Assembly (NCBI RefSeq): GCF_902459465.1
Contig: NC_047075.1
Coordinates: forward strand, 9,486,001-9,550,000
DNA: 64,000 nt
DNA from: Asterias rubens
Taxonomy: Eukaryota
Reading direction: 5' to 3'
The position numbers and the translations under genes are program-made. Positions 49,601 through 60,800 of this stretch are shown piece by piece (the first letter of the stretch is position 1; each line of letters starts with the position of its first letter). Below the pieces are notes generated by a model. It saw only the letters and a list, made by a program, of their open reading frames with translations, was not told the origin of the DNA and did not search any database.

Positions 49601-52265
49601 CTCTGCAAGGTCTGCACAGTCTGGAAATATTGTAAGTCTGATACTTAATTTCCCTATTTATTCTGTTCCGGTTAAATATGTTATTAGGAGCCTGTGCGAA
49701 ATTTCTTGCTCCAGTCTGTGTTTTGTTTGGCTGTTTGGGGGTGGTATTTTTTTATAGACTTACTAGGCTTTTTGGGAAAGTGAACCAGTGAGTGTGTTTG
49801 GCTTTGTGTTTCCTTTTTTGTTTTCTTTGGATGTTTGTTTGTTTGTTGGTTCATTGTTTGTTATTTTTTATGTTTCTGCTTTTCTCCCTAAAACGCGTTT
49901 TTAGATGAATCATAATAATTTTAAATGTATTCACTTTGAATCAAGCAATGATAAGGGGTCTTTTTGGAGGGGCTGAAACACACATTTCCATCACACATTT
50001 TGTGCACAAAATTGTGAATTAAAGAGTCATAAAGGCCAACCCAGGGCCCAATTTCATTGAGCCGCTTAACGGTAAGCAATGTTTCCTTGCTTACTGTAGC
50101 AGTACAGTTTTATTGAGCGTAAACCTACGAGCGGTTGCTAGCTTAAGCGCGCGCAGCATTTTAGATCGTTTGCTCAATCAAAAAAAGAAGAAAGTACTGA
50201 CGAAATGGCGGATGAAATATATGCAGAATGGCGATGAAAAACAAATCATCACCTTCTCTGTCTAAAATGTATTATTTGTAATGGTTCAAAGCGCCCATTG
50301 AAAGGTTACACACTAACTTGGGAATAGACAAGAAGAAGATACATTGTACAACATTTCTGAAACATTTAAGATAAAAGCTTACTTCGCTTCACCTACCTCA
50401 CACACACACACACACACACACGTAAAATACACACCGCTGCGCCGCCATACTAGCAAATTATTGCAATGATACACTATGCGCTGTCCTTAAACAGGGTGCT
50501 TATGCAGAAAATTGGGGCTTGAATGACCCTTTTTGCTTGTTTACCGCTTTAAGCAAAAAAAAAAAATAATAATAAACTTGCTAAAGCAAGGCCATGACAT
50601 TACAAATTAATTTTCTAGGCGCGCCCGTTAAGCACAAAGTCGACCGTTAATCAGCTCCATGAAATTAGGCCCAGATGTAAACCCAGTGATTAGTGGATCC
50701 ATCTGTTCTTCGTAACAGTCTCCAAGGTATTTTGCCATCCTGTGTTAGGTTTTGTGCTTTCCAACACCATTCCCTTGTGAATATGGAACCTTCCTTCATA
50801 TATGGTGTATTTCAAGTAGTTTTAATTGTTAAACTCCCTTGCAGAAGGCGCTTTAAACACAATGGTAATTTGGGGACACTATGTGACAGCAGCTTTTCCA
50901 GGTAAATCTCAGTAGTGTGCGGTTGCTCAGAGCAGCGACAATAATGGTTATTCACCTTGTGAGTCTGCTGCCACCTAGCGTTTTCAAGTCTCCTAAAGTA
51001 TACATTTTCTTGGGGTTATTCAGAGCACACCCGTATTTATCTTTTGTTTAAATTACTGAATTTAACACAAATCTACAAATCAATTGTATTCTAGATACGT
51101 CGATGACTACCGCCTGTGCTGTAGATTTGATGAAGAAGTACCATCGAAAGAGTTTGATTACTCTAAATGTACAACGACTGAGTTGCAACCACCGCTAAAC
51201 ATCTGCGGTAGTCTGATGCGTAATGATCCACTACGAGCGTCTTTGTGGATTCTCGGGTTGAGCGCCCTCATCGGCAACTTGGTGGTCATCATCTGGAGAT
51301 GTAGACGGGGCAAAGAATTAGGCGAGAATGAGACGCACTCATTTTTGGTTCTTAATTTAGCTATATCTGACTTGATGATGGGGGTTTATATGTTGATCAT
51401 TGCTATTGCTGATATAAGGTTGGGTAAGAGTTATTCCAGTGTTGCGAAGGAATGGCGGTCTAATGTGGTTTGCAAGATTGCTGGGGTAGTATCAGTGATG
51501 TCTAGTGAAGCATCGGTATTTTTTGTCACATTGATCAGTCTGGACTGTCTTTTAAGCATTGTATTTCCCTTCAGCCGTGTTACCATCAGAGGAAAGATAA
51601 GCAAAGTTATTGTGGTCATATTATGGTTAGTATCTGCATGTGTTAGTATTATCCCGACTGTATTCAGTGGTGATAGTGATTCCAATGTATACGGTTTGTC
51701 GGATGTGTGCATTGGTCTCCCCCTGATAACTAAGGTGCTGTCTAGTTACTCATTTGTAGATAACTCCATCAGTAGCGTATTTGGTGCAGATTCAATCGCT
51801 ATACCGGTACCTGATGCAAGAGAACCGGCTTGGATCTACTCAATCGTCTTGTTCCTTGGCGTCAATTTGTTTTGTTTTATCGTTGTGTTGAGCTGCTACA
51901 TAGCGATCTTCGTGAAGGTTAAACGCTCATCTAGGCTGGTGAAAGTAACTGCTCGCCGACAGAGGGAAGTTAAGATGGCGATAAAGATGGCTCTTATAGT
52001 CGGTACTGACTTCGCATGTTGGATGCCGGTGATCATTATGGGGATTCTATCCCAGGCTGAGATTGTAGAAATTGGTCCTGATATGTACGCCTGGATCGTT
52101 GTGTTCATACTCCCAATAAACTCCTCGCTAAACCCGTATCTCTACACTTTCTACTCTAAAATAACAGGACAGAGCAACACAAAGAAACCCGAACCGAAGG
52201 TGGAGATGAAAATAACAAAATCCACTGAGACACTAGAAACCCGCGCCTCTGAAAATAGTCAGTAA
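23802..52265 (+). CDS. GRL101 / LGR type C-like GPCR with (CUB-LDLa)x4-LDLa-LRR ectodomain, about 1244 aa, 16 exons
   Basis: All exons are GT-AG with compatible phases; summed length 3735 nt is divisible by 3. Signal peptide, 4 CUB, 5 LDLa, LRRNT, 4 LRR exons, then a hinge (LCC...C...CGSLM) and 7TM exon ending NSSLNPYLYT. Confidence 0.88.
24430..26520 (-). mobile_element. Degenerate RTE-clade LINE (endonuclease and RT remnants) in GPCR intron 1
   Basis: Frameshifted pieces EHFNNLLNRPS, PPTLDEVRKAISQ, QPESQCDFRAGRSTIDMIFTVRQVQEKC, SFKYLGS, KVYKAIVLTSLLYRCETW. Confidence 0.85.
26768..29305. mobile_element. Heavily deleted Polinton/Maverick-like element, copy 1
   Basis: Starts AGTAGTAGT, ends ACTACT; long imperfect inverted termini (G-run, TATACAAATACAGCACAT.GTCTTCCACA...); CTAG/TCGA-rich interior; no TSD or Polinton core gene recognised. 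Confidence 0.5.
29931..30281 (+). CDS. GPCR exon, CUB1
   Basis: tttcag|; CG...LTSPGYPGVYPNSVDCQWEI...YDFV...RGF; donor gtaata. Confidence 0.88.
31173..31310 (+). CDS. GPCR exon, LDLa1
   Basis: C...DCRNGICV....RCDGNLDC...DEEDC, 138 nt, phase 1-1. Confidence 0.88.
34586..35455. mobile_element. Non-autonomous Helentron/Helitron2-like element
   Basis: Inserted in an A-run with no TSD; begins aacaagag, then a 20-bp palindrome tgcatttgtgcacaaatgca (34600-34619) and short subterminal IR gagctgtttcg ... gaaacag. Confidence 0.6.
35465..35676 (+). repeat. Tandem array of 4 hairpin mini-units (period 56, 56, 51 bp)
   Basis: Unit aacaagagctgtttcg-ctgcgcttcgcta-cgaaacagct contains both end motifs of the adjacent element. 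Confidence 0.9.
36417..36764 (+). CDS. GPCR exon, CUB2
   Basis: About 90% aa identical to CUB1; 348 nt. Confidence 0.88.
38206..38343 (+). CDS. GPCR exon, LDLa2
   Basis: Near-identical to LDLa1; 138 nt. Confidence 0.88.
39672..40022 (+). CDS. GPCR exon, CUB3
   Basis: 351 nt, phase 1-1, paralogous to CUB1 and CUB2. Confidence 0.88.
40844..40981 (+). CDS. GPCR exon, LDLa3
   Basis: CHLEDNFDCRNGVCVSRQARCDGQPDC...DEEDC; 138 nt. Confidence 0.88.
41661..42014 (+). CDS. GPCR exon, CUB4 (divergent)
   Basis: ACG...YPTGYPPSLDCNWNI...FKSDSYVSGPGF; 354 nt. Confidence 0.85.
42690..42910 (+). repeat. Imperfect about 40-bp tandem repeat (GGGATTCC/GGGATCCC motifs)
   Basis: About 5-6 units gggattcccggcagg...aattcacaatcgggatcccct; related motifs at 43080-43260. 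Confidence 0.8.
43389..43517 (+). CDS. GPCR exon, LDLa4
   Basis: CPGTDVFDCEDGSCLNSSGRCDGFRDCQISRKDEVDC; 129 nt. Confidence 0.85.
44281..44403 (+). CDS. GPCR exon, LDLa5
   Basis: CPGSFKCKDSSTCIHMSAVCDDKFDCPDEDDETQAAC; 123 nt. Confidence 0.88.
44904..46036. mobile_element. Solo LTR (1133 bp)
   Basis: TGTCA...TGACA termini with an exact 5-bp TSD ATAAT (44899-44903, 46037-46041). Confidence 0.8.
46222..46339 (+). CDS. GPCR exon, LRR N-terminal cap
   Basis: DDRCPTMCSC...QC..., phase 1-2, bridging LDLa and LRR phases. Confidence 0.8.
46690..46761 (+). CDS. GPCR exon, LRR1
   Basis: 72 nt, KLANENIIQLNTGIFKSLSFLESL. Confidence 0.82.
47335..47406 (+). CDS. GPCR exon, LRR2
   Basis: 72 nt, VLTNNSLRDFNAGTFSGLFNLTSL. 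Confidence 0.85.
47682..47753 (+). CDS. GPCR exon, LRR3
   Basis: 72 nt, DLSQNNISRLQSNIFEDLLNLRTL. Confidence 0.85.
47778..48500. repeat. (GAT/GAC/GGT)n microsatellite containing an assembly gap
   Basis: Trinucleotide run; 163 N at 48156-48318. Confidence 0.95.
49542..49631 (+). CDS. GPCR exon, atypical LRR4
   Basis: 90 nt, FLIRGKWNNERSTMNIAPGALQGLHSLEIL. Confidence 0.75.
50045..50671. mobile_element. PIF/Harbinger-type MITE
   Basis: TIR GGCCCAATTTCAT / ATGAAATTAGGCC, 3-bp TSD CAG; partial relatives near 41352 and 17960. Confidence 0.8.
51095..52265 (+). CDS. GPCR terminal exon, hinge plus 7TM
   Basis: YVDDYRLCC...ICGSLMRNDPLR...NLAISDLMMGVY...WRSNVVCKIAG...ACWMP...NSSLNPYLYT; stop TAA at 52263-52265. 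Confidence 0.93.
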
Positions 52266-52789
52266 TATTAAACAATGATTTTAATACCGTTTACAAACTA
52301 TGATTTAATTTTCACCCTGCTATTTGACAACTAGCCATGCTTATTACAAGGGACTTGTCATAACAAAAGATATAAACTTACCGACAGCAATCGGACAGTC
52401 TTTCAGATGGTCTAGAGATTTAATTTTACCATTCCCGGGGCACACCTGTTAATATTTGCTCGCGTGGGATCAGATTATTGTCCAAAATGATATCATTACT
52501 ACACGAAAGACCAGGGCTAATTTTTTATGTTCAAGGTCAATGGGGATTACCCGGGAGACAGCGGACATTCTATACTGTAAACAATTCCGGCGGGTAAACG
52601 GCCTTGCTATTTCCACACAATTTTAAATTATGTTTCTCAAGCGTGTTTATTTGTCAAGAAAAAATTAACTTTTCCTATTTTGTATATGCAGGGTGATTAA
52701 AACAAACAATTAGCCGTTGCTAAGTAACGCAAAAAGGGTTAAAACTTCAGTTATTCACACGACAGCTAAATATTTGTCATTTAAAAGAC

Positions 52790-53925
52790 TTTTCAAATCT
52801 GTACCAATGTCAGTTTAGTTTGTAGCAGTTTGCAACCTCTCAGTCAGTTTTCTCTCATATTATGATACTTTTTAAATGTGTACCATGTAGGTAAATTTAG
52901 CAGTTTGAAACAGCTAAGTAAATTTTTTTCCTGTTTTACAAGACTTTTTAAATTTATACCACAGATCAATTTAGTTGGTAAGCAGTTTGTAAAACCTCTC
53001 ATTCAGTTTTCTCTCATATTACGAGACTTTTTAAATGTGTACCATATATAAGTAAATTTAGCAGTTTGAAACAGCTAAGTCAATTTTTTCCCTCTTTTAC
53101 AAGACTTTTAAAATTTATACCATAGGTCAATTTCGTTGGTAAGCAGTTTGTAAAACCTCTCATTCAGTTTTCTCTCATATTACGAGACTTTTAAAATGTG
53201 TACCATATATAAGTAAATTTAGCAGTTTGAAACAGCTAAGTCAATTTTTTCCCTCTTTTACAAGACTTTTTAAATTTATACCATAGGTCAATTTAGTTGG
53301 TAAGCAGTTTGCAACCTTTCATTCAGTTTTCTCTCATATCATGGGACGTTTTAAGTGAGTACCATTAGGTCATTTTAGCAGTTTGAAACAGCTGATTTAT
53401 TTTGTTCTCTTTTGAAGGACCTTTTAAATTTGTACCACAGGTCGGTAAGCAGTTTGCATCCTCTCATTCAGTTTTCTCTCATGTTATGAGACTTTTTGTG
53501 TGTACCATAGGTCAATTTAGTTCGTAAGCAGTTTGCAACCTTTCATTCAGTTTTCTCTCATTATTAAGAGACTTTTTTAATTGTGTACCATATAGGTCAA
53601 TTTAGCAGTTTGAAACAGCTAAGTAAATTGTTGTCCTCTTTTACAAGACTTTTTAAATTTATACCATAGATCAATTTAGTTGGTAAGCAGTTTGCAACCT
53701 CTCATTCAGTTTTCTCTCATATCATGGGACGTTTTAAGTGAGTACCGTTAGGTCATTTTAGCAGTTTGAAACAGCTAATTTATTTTGTTCTCTTTTGAAA
53801 GACCTTTTAAATTTGTACCACAGGTCGGTAAGCAGTTTGCATCCTCTCATTCATTTTTCTCTCATTATTAAGAGACTTTTTGTGTGTACCATAAGTCAAT
53901 TTAGTTGGTAAGCAGTTTGAAGTAA
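52790..53925 (+). repeat. Minisatellite, about 80-bp monomer in about 160-bp dimers
   Basis: Anchor cagttttctctcat at about 52845, 53004, 53165, 53324, 53469, 53548, 53707, 53852. Confidence 0.9.
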
Positions 53926-54040
53926 ACAAATTCTTGAACAATAACATATAAAAACAAATGGTGCAATAATGGTGTAATAATCAGCTAATAATTGACTGGC
54001 ATTCCTTTAAGAGTGGTTGCCTAAACGCTTCCCTTGTTAA

Positions 54041-54417
54041 AGACAGTGGTACATTGGTAATTGTCAAAGACCAGTCTTCCCACTTGGTGTATATCAACAT
54101 ATGCATAAAATAACAAACCTGTGAAAATTTGAGCTCGATTGGTCGTCGGCGTTGCGAGATAACTATGAAAGAAAAAAACACCCTTGTCACACGAAGTTGT
54201 GTGCTTTTAGATGCTTGATTTCGAGGCCTCAAATTCTAAACTTGAGGTCTCGAAATCAAATTCATGGAAAATTACTTCTTTCTCGAAAACTATGTCACTT
54301 CAGAGGAAGCTGTTTCTCACACTGTTTTATACTACCAACCTCTCTCCATTACTCGTTACCAAGTGAGGTTTTATGCTGATAAATATTTTGAGTAATTACC
54401 AATAGTGTCCACTGCCT
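54041..54417. mobile_element. TTAA-flanked MITE, same family
   Basis: TTAA at 54037-54040 and 54418-54421; same TIR and core (cacgaagttgtgtgc...gaggtctcgaaatcaaattc). Confidence 0.8.
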
Positions 54418-54855
54418 TTAAAGGGAAGCGTCCTTAAAAAGACACTGGACACTAATTGTAATCACTGTTAGCATACAAACTTACTTTGTATAAACGTTCA
54501 ATGGAGGGCTCAATGTTGATTAAAACATTGTGAGAAACTGCTCTCTGAAATAACGTATTATTTTCGAGAAAGAAGTAATGTTTCACTGAAATACTTGAGT
54601 TTGGTTTCGAGACCTTAGAATTTGAGTAATTACCAATAGTGTCCACTGCCTTTAAAGGGAAGCGTCCTTAAAAAGACACTGGACACTAATTGTAATCACT
54701 GTTAGCATACAAACTTACTTTGTATAAACGTTCAATGGAGGGCTCAATGTTGATTAAAACATTGTGAGAAACTGCTCTCTGAAATAACGTATTATTTTCG
54801 AGAAAGAAGTAATGTTTCACTGAAATACTTGAGTTTGGTTTCGAGACCTTAGAAT
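54387..54855 (+). repeat. Local 234-bp tandem duplication spanning two MITE ends
   Basis: aagggaagcgtcc at 54421 and 54655. Confidence 0.9.
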
Positions 54856-57800
54856 TTGATTTTGAAGTCTCGAAGCCAAGCATCTGAAAGCACACAATGT
54901 CGTGTGACACGGGTGTTTTTCTTCCATTATTATCTCGCAACTTCGAAGGCCAATTGAGTTAAAATGTTCACAAGTTTGTTAATTTGTGCATAATGTTGAG
55001 TTACACCAAGTGCGAAGACTATTCTTATTACTAAAGTTGTCCAATGTATGTAAGCAAACCGGTTTTGAATTTATTGTTTTGAATGAAAGAAAGAACAACC
55101 ACAAGGTTGGTTCACGTCTTATCTCTACGAGTCTTTAATCTTAACAAATAATGATCTTAACAACACTGACGTTAATTAAATAACATGGCATTTGCCGGTT
55201 CACAAAAACATTCGATGTAAGATTGCATAATTATTATACTGGATTTGATGCATTGCTCGGTGAGATATCAATGTACATTTATTTGATTAAAGGTAACACC
55301 ATGTGTTTGTCTACATGCCACGTAGATTTTGTTCTTTAAATAACTTTTTTTGTTTGCCATTCTATAACCGCGGAGTAGATTTTCTGATTTCGGAAGACTA
55401 CTCAGCTCTGAAAAGAGTGAGTTCTTAAAAATTGGTCTCCTATTGTCATGAGAGTTATCAAAGTACCCAAAATGGTTTAAAGGATTCCTCTTTTGAATCG
55501 ATTTTTATAGAAGAAGAAAAATTCCCCATCGAAAAGCACCTCCACAGTGGCAATTTTGATGTGCTAATCGTGAAATTTGCAGCCGGGCAGTCTGGCGCAA
55601 GCTCTGGCTTCTTGGTCTGTGTGGAATTCCCGATTACGACACTTGTATCATTGAAAAAGCACCTCATAATCACTCCCCTTCACCCGGGAGTAATTAAAAA
55701 AAGTAAGTATTTGCACCAGTAGGGATTATCTGTGGTTTAGGCGTTGACTGATGTGGAATATAAGACAATAGTAGAATCGCAACGTCTTGTTTGAACATGT
55801 TAATCTTTATTTTTTAGAAGTGTTGGCTCTGAAAAGATCATGCTTAGTCTCGACTAAACAGTTTAGTTGTCTAACATTGAACAAGGTTCGGGAAAATATT
55901 TACATCAAAATTTCCCAAGTTTTTAAATGTCAATATTATATTATATAACTTTAATTTAAGACTTTCTGGGAAAATTTACCAATTGAAATGGGATCCAAAG
56001 CTAACAAGATTAGGCATCACTTGGCCAGAGATTATTGACATCACCATAAGACCAAACAAGTTGACAACATCATCAAGTACTTTGTCGAGAGTCCTGCAGA
56101 GAGTCAATGGGGAGGGAACGGGGTGGCCGAGTAAAAGAAAAGAAACATGTTTAGCGTCCGGTTTTCTCAAAAAAAGGAAGGAGTATGTTTTTTTTTTTTT
56201 TTTCTTCTTTTTCATGATGGCCGCCATTCTTTTTAAAATGCCAAGTATTCATTGTTTTTTTTCTACTGCTCAAATACACAATACATAAATGAAACATTTT
56301 GGTCAAGACATTCAGACACGACATGCAGATTATTTTAGCTGAGATCTTTTAAAATAACCTGATCATGAAAAAAAAAAGAAAAAAAAAAAAAAAGGAGGCG
56401 GCCTCTAAAAAGGAATCGGGCGTGGACGCTTAACATGTTTCTTTTTTACTTGGCCTTAGATCTTCTCGTACCTTTTCGATGTCCCCAAGATCTTGACCTA
56501 CCTTTTGTAGAGCTCCACATCGTCAGAAAAACCAATACCACACACTCCAAAGAAACCTTCAACTTCATGGGACAGTCAGTTAAGAGCTTGTGAACATAAT
56601 CTGAAAGACAATACAAACATTAGTTGAGAGCATGTTTGGGCTTGTTTCCCATGTTTCTTAATGTTGTGAATTTTAATTAGGCATCGGACACTTTTGGTAA
56701 TTAGGCCTACTCACAATAGTTGTTAGTGTAACGTATTTCCAACAGGTCCTTGTTTGCTCTGTAGCCAAAGGCAGACAGAAAAAAAAACGAACTCAAGTTA
56801 TGTTCAATATGAAACACGCTGTATTTATGTATACTTCGAGAACGACAACTTATTCGATGCTAACTCACTGAACTCAGCATTTGGTCTGTCTACACAACTT
56901 AATCATACACAATACATTGCAAGAAACGGCGCCAACACAACGCATACGGTCAGCACACCTGGATAATCTCTTATTATTATGTTATACAATGTTTTACATC
57001 ATCGATAGTTCGTCCAATCACTGAACAGTTCACCAAAAGTTCAAGCCAGCTGCCTCTGGAGCGTTGTCCTCCAAGATCCGGCGGGGCCTCTATACAACGC
57101 ACCGGCGGGGCGTATAGTTTCAGTTCGTTACATTAGCATTAGCATTTTAGCATAAAAACTTGCTTGGTAACAAGCAATGGAGAGCTGTTTAAAGTATAAA
57201 ACATTGTGAGAAACGGCTCCCTCTGAAGTAACGTAATTTTTGATATAAAAGTAAACATCATACTTGAATTTAGTTTCGAGACCTAAGAATAAGATTTTCA
57301 GGTCCCAAAATCAAGCATCTGAAAGCACACAACTACGTGTGACAAGGGTGTTTTTTCGTCCATTATTATCTCGCAACTTCGACGACCGATTGTGTTCAAA
57401 CTTTCACGCTGGTATGTTGTTTCGTGCATGTGTTGAGACACACCAAGTGTATTAGACAATCACCAAAATGTCCAGTGTCTTTAAAGGATTTGGGTACTTT
57501 TTTGTAACACACAACCCAATTTCCACAGATGCATCAATTGAAGACAATGATAGTAGAAAGCGTAGCTTAAAATATTAGTTGCAGAGGTGCTGTAGTTTTT
57601 GAGAAATGAGTAAAACAATGTTACTGAGATGAAAGTTATTTTCATAACATTGTTTGAAACACTTATCAAAAACTACAGCACTTCAGCAATGAATATTTCC
57701 ACTGAAGCTTTCTACTATCATTATCTTCAAACTGTGTAAGTTTAGTGTAAATCTGTGGACAAACTTATGTCTAATGCCTTTGTATGGATCGTCCGTTCTT

Positions 57801-60800
57801 TTCAAATATTCTCTCCATCAAATTTTAAGGAACTTGCCACAAATCTTCGTTTCACAATGTTGTACATTATGATTTTCCAGAAGAAAAAAAAAACCCTAAA
57901 ATTTTCCCCAAGTTTCAATAGCTGCTTCCAATTTTGGATGGCAATCGTATAAAGTGATTCCATGATTCTAGTTTCTATCTGGCAAAACAAAGTATTCAAT
58001 GAAAACAAAATTGATACAATGTATGTATTAGTATCGGTCTGATCAATATGAACCCACTGTCAAACAAAATAATGTTGGTTTAGATTAAGTGAATGAGTTA
58101 CTTACATGATCCCCCTTCTACTCTTGATGATTATACGAATACGAATCAGTCTTATTAAAAGTGGTCTTTCGAATGGGATGGACTGAATTGTGAACCGGTT
58201 GTCGAAATAGTTGCCGAAAATGGACGCCATTTTGTTTATATTAATGAATAGGCCCTTACAACAAAATATTATATAGTTTGCCCGATAACAACATTTTAGT
58301 AGTGGCAGACAGTTACTTTGTACTAGAGTTTAGAAAGTGAAGGAAATGGGCAAGCTACTGTGTGGAATTATTTCATAATTCACATACCCTCATTTAGGTT
58401 CACGGTTTACGACAAATTAATGAAAACTTTCTTATGAAAATGGAAATTTCACAATAATTACCATTCAGTCCTGATGTGCACTTCGATGCAGCAACGTGTG
58501 TCTATAAGTTTAACACACGGCAGCAGTAGCCATCCTTGCTAGATACGCCGAGTGGTGAGGCTTTCATCCTCCGCTAGCTGAGCGATGCAACTCTGGTAAA
58601 GCCAGCGGTGAATTGTAGCGCTTGTACCGCGGGCTGTGCTCCTCCTCGCTGGTAGCGGCACGTTGTTCAGTAATGTCATCACTAACCATATTCAAGAGAA
58701 AACCTGGTGTATTTCGGCATACAAGTGTGATTGAGTCAAACTAATGGAGCTTACCAATTCAGATGCAAGCTCAACAGAGAAATAACTCCGTTGTTGTCGT
58801 ATTTTTCTTGACTATCTTCATCAGAAACCAAGCCCCCTTTCGCTGTATCAGCTAAACATCAATGTCACCATGGACAAGTTATTTTTTCGTTGTCTTCAGC
58901 ATGGTGACTTAATTGAGAAATTCCCACAAACGGGATCCATTTAAACTGCTGGTTTATTAGTGTCACATAACTGACGTTGATAAAGAATCGTTGATAGCTT
59001 ACCACCAGGTTTCTTGAAGGCTGAAGAGGAGGTTGTTTTAGCAGACGACCCAGTGCAGAGCCATGAGAGTGTCCATTATCCCGCACACGTGTAAAACCAC
59101 AACACAAGTTAAACACACGCTTCGTGCTGAAAAGAGCAATGGTCGCAATTGGCTACAACAACGCGCAAACGTGATTTGCATATATAACAAAGAGATTTGT
59201 ATTACAGTTTGACAAGTCTTCGTTGAAAGAATGCATAGTCTAGACTTTGCTTTTTTTATAGAAACTTCTGCAGGGGCATAACAGCTATATTTATTCACTT
59301 TTTAAATTGTTTATGCTTTTTTTCTTCTCATAAAGTTGGAGTTGCTGATTCGAAGATTCCGCTTGTAAACTTATTTTAATAAACTTTGTATTCATCTATG
59401 CAATCATTTAAAGACACTGGACATTATTGGTAGGCCCCCTGATTGTCAAAGACCAAGCTTCTAACTTAGTGTATCTCAACATAATGCACAAAATAACAAA
59501 TGATACTTGAGCTTGGTCGCGAGATATGAAAGAAAAAACACGCTTGTCACACGAAGTTGTGTGCTTTTAGATGCTTGATTTCGAAACCTCCCAAAATCTA
59601 ATTCTTAGGTCTCGAAACTGTCAAATTCGTGGGAAATTACTTCTTTCTTGAAAACTATGTTACTTCAGAGGGGCCGTTTCTCACTGAAACAATAAAATAC
59701 TTCAACCAGATGTCTTGTATTCCTATCTGAAAGCACGCAAATTAGTCCAACAAGGGTGTTTTTTCTCTCTCTCGCAACTTTGATGACCAATAGCTCAAAT
59801 AATGTTCACAGGCTTGTTATTTTATGCTTTGATGTTGGGATACACCAAGTGAGAAAACTGGTGTTTGACAAAAACCAATCGTGTACCTTCCTTTTTAACC
59901 CAAGAAGGGTCTGTGAATTTTAAAACAATTCAAGACAGTTGCTTGCCCATTTCCTTCACTTTCAACCAAATTTTTAGGTGAAAATATATGGAGTTATTGT
60001 ATGTCGTAATAAGCTTGTCGTATTGTTTTAACCGTCTGCCACTTCCAATACTAAAACAAAAAACGGGCAAACTATGTTTTGTTGTAAGGGCCTAGGCCCA
60101 TTCATTAATATAAACAAAATGGCGGCAAGTTTCGGCAACTATTTTGCAACCGGTTCATTCAGTCCAGCCCATCCGAAAGACCAGTTTATATCTGAAAGAC
60201 AGACTCATACAATCATCTAGAGAAGGGAATCATGTTTATAACAAATTAATTTATGAATCTACAGGTAGTTGGGTGGTAAAGGTCCAACTCCATAAAACAC
60301 TGACTTTTCCATACCATAGTTTCCTGTATAAAGTATTCCACTTTCAAATATTTGAAGCACTGTATATCCATGCCATTGTGTCATGTGTAAAGTATGGACC
60401 AAAGGTTCAGTAAGTATAAAATGCGCAATATCCTGGGGGGACCCACCATGGTGTAGTGGTAGGGTGTCGGACTCCGAAGCCAATAGTCCCTGGTTCGTGC
60501 CACGGTGGTGGCAGTGCGGTGAGTGGCCGGCCGCTAAGTCTCGACTCACCGCGCAGTGGCACTCAAATGTCCGTTTAATTTAATTTTATTTTGTGTTGTT
60601 CGTTCATTTAAAGTTGTTCATTATACCATGGAGGAATACTTGGGCTTAAAAATAAACTTGAACGCAATTTAAGTATTAGGAGCAGCTTACACCCAAAATA
60701 AATGGGTTCGAGTTGCGTTTTTTTTTTTTACTACGTTTATGAAATTGAAAGAAAAGACACCCCTGTCAAACGAAGTTGTGTGCGTTTGGATGGTTGATTT

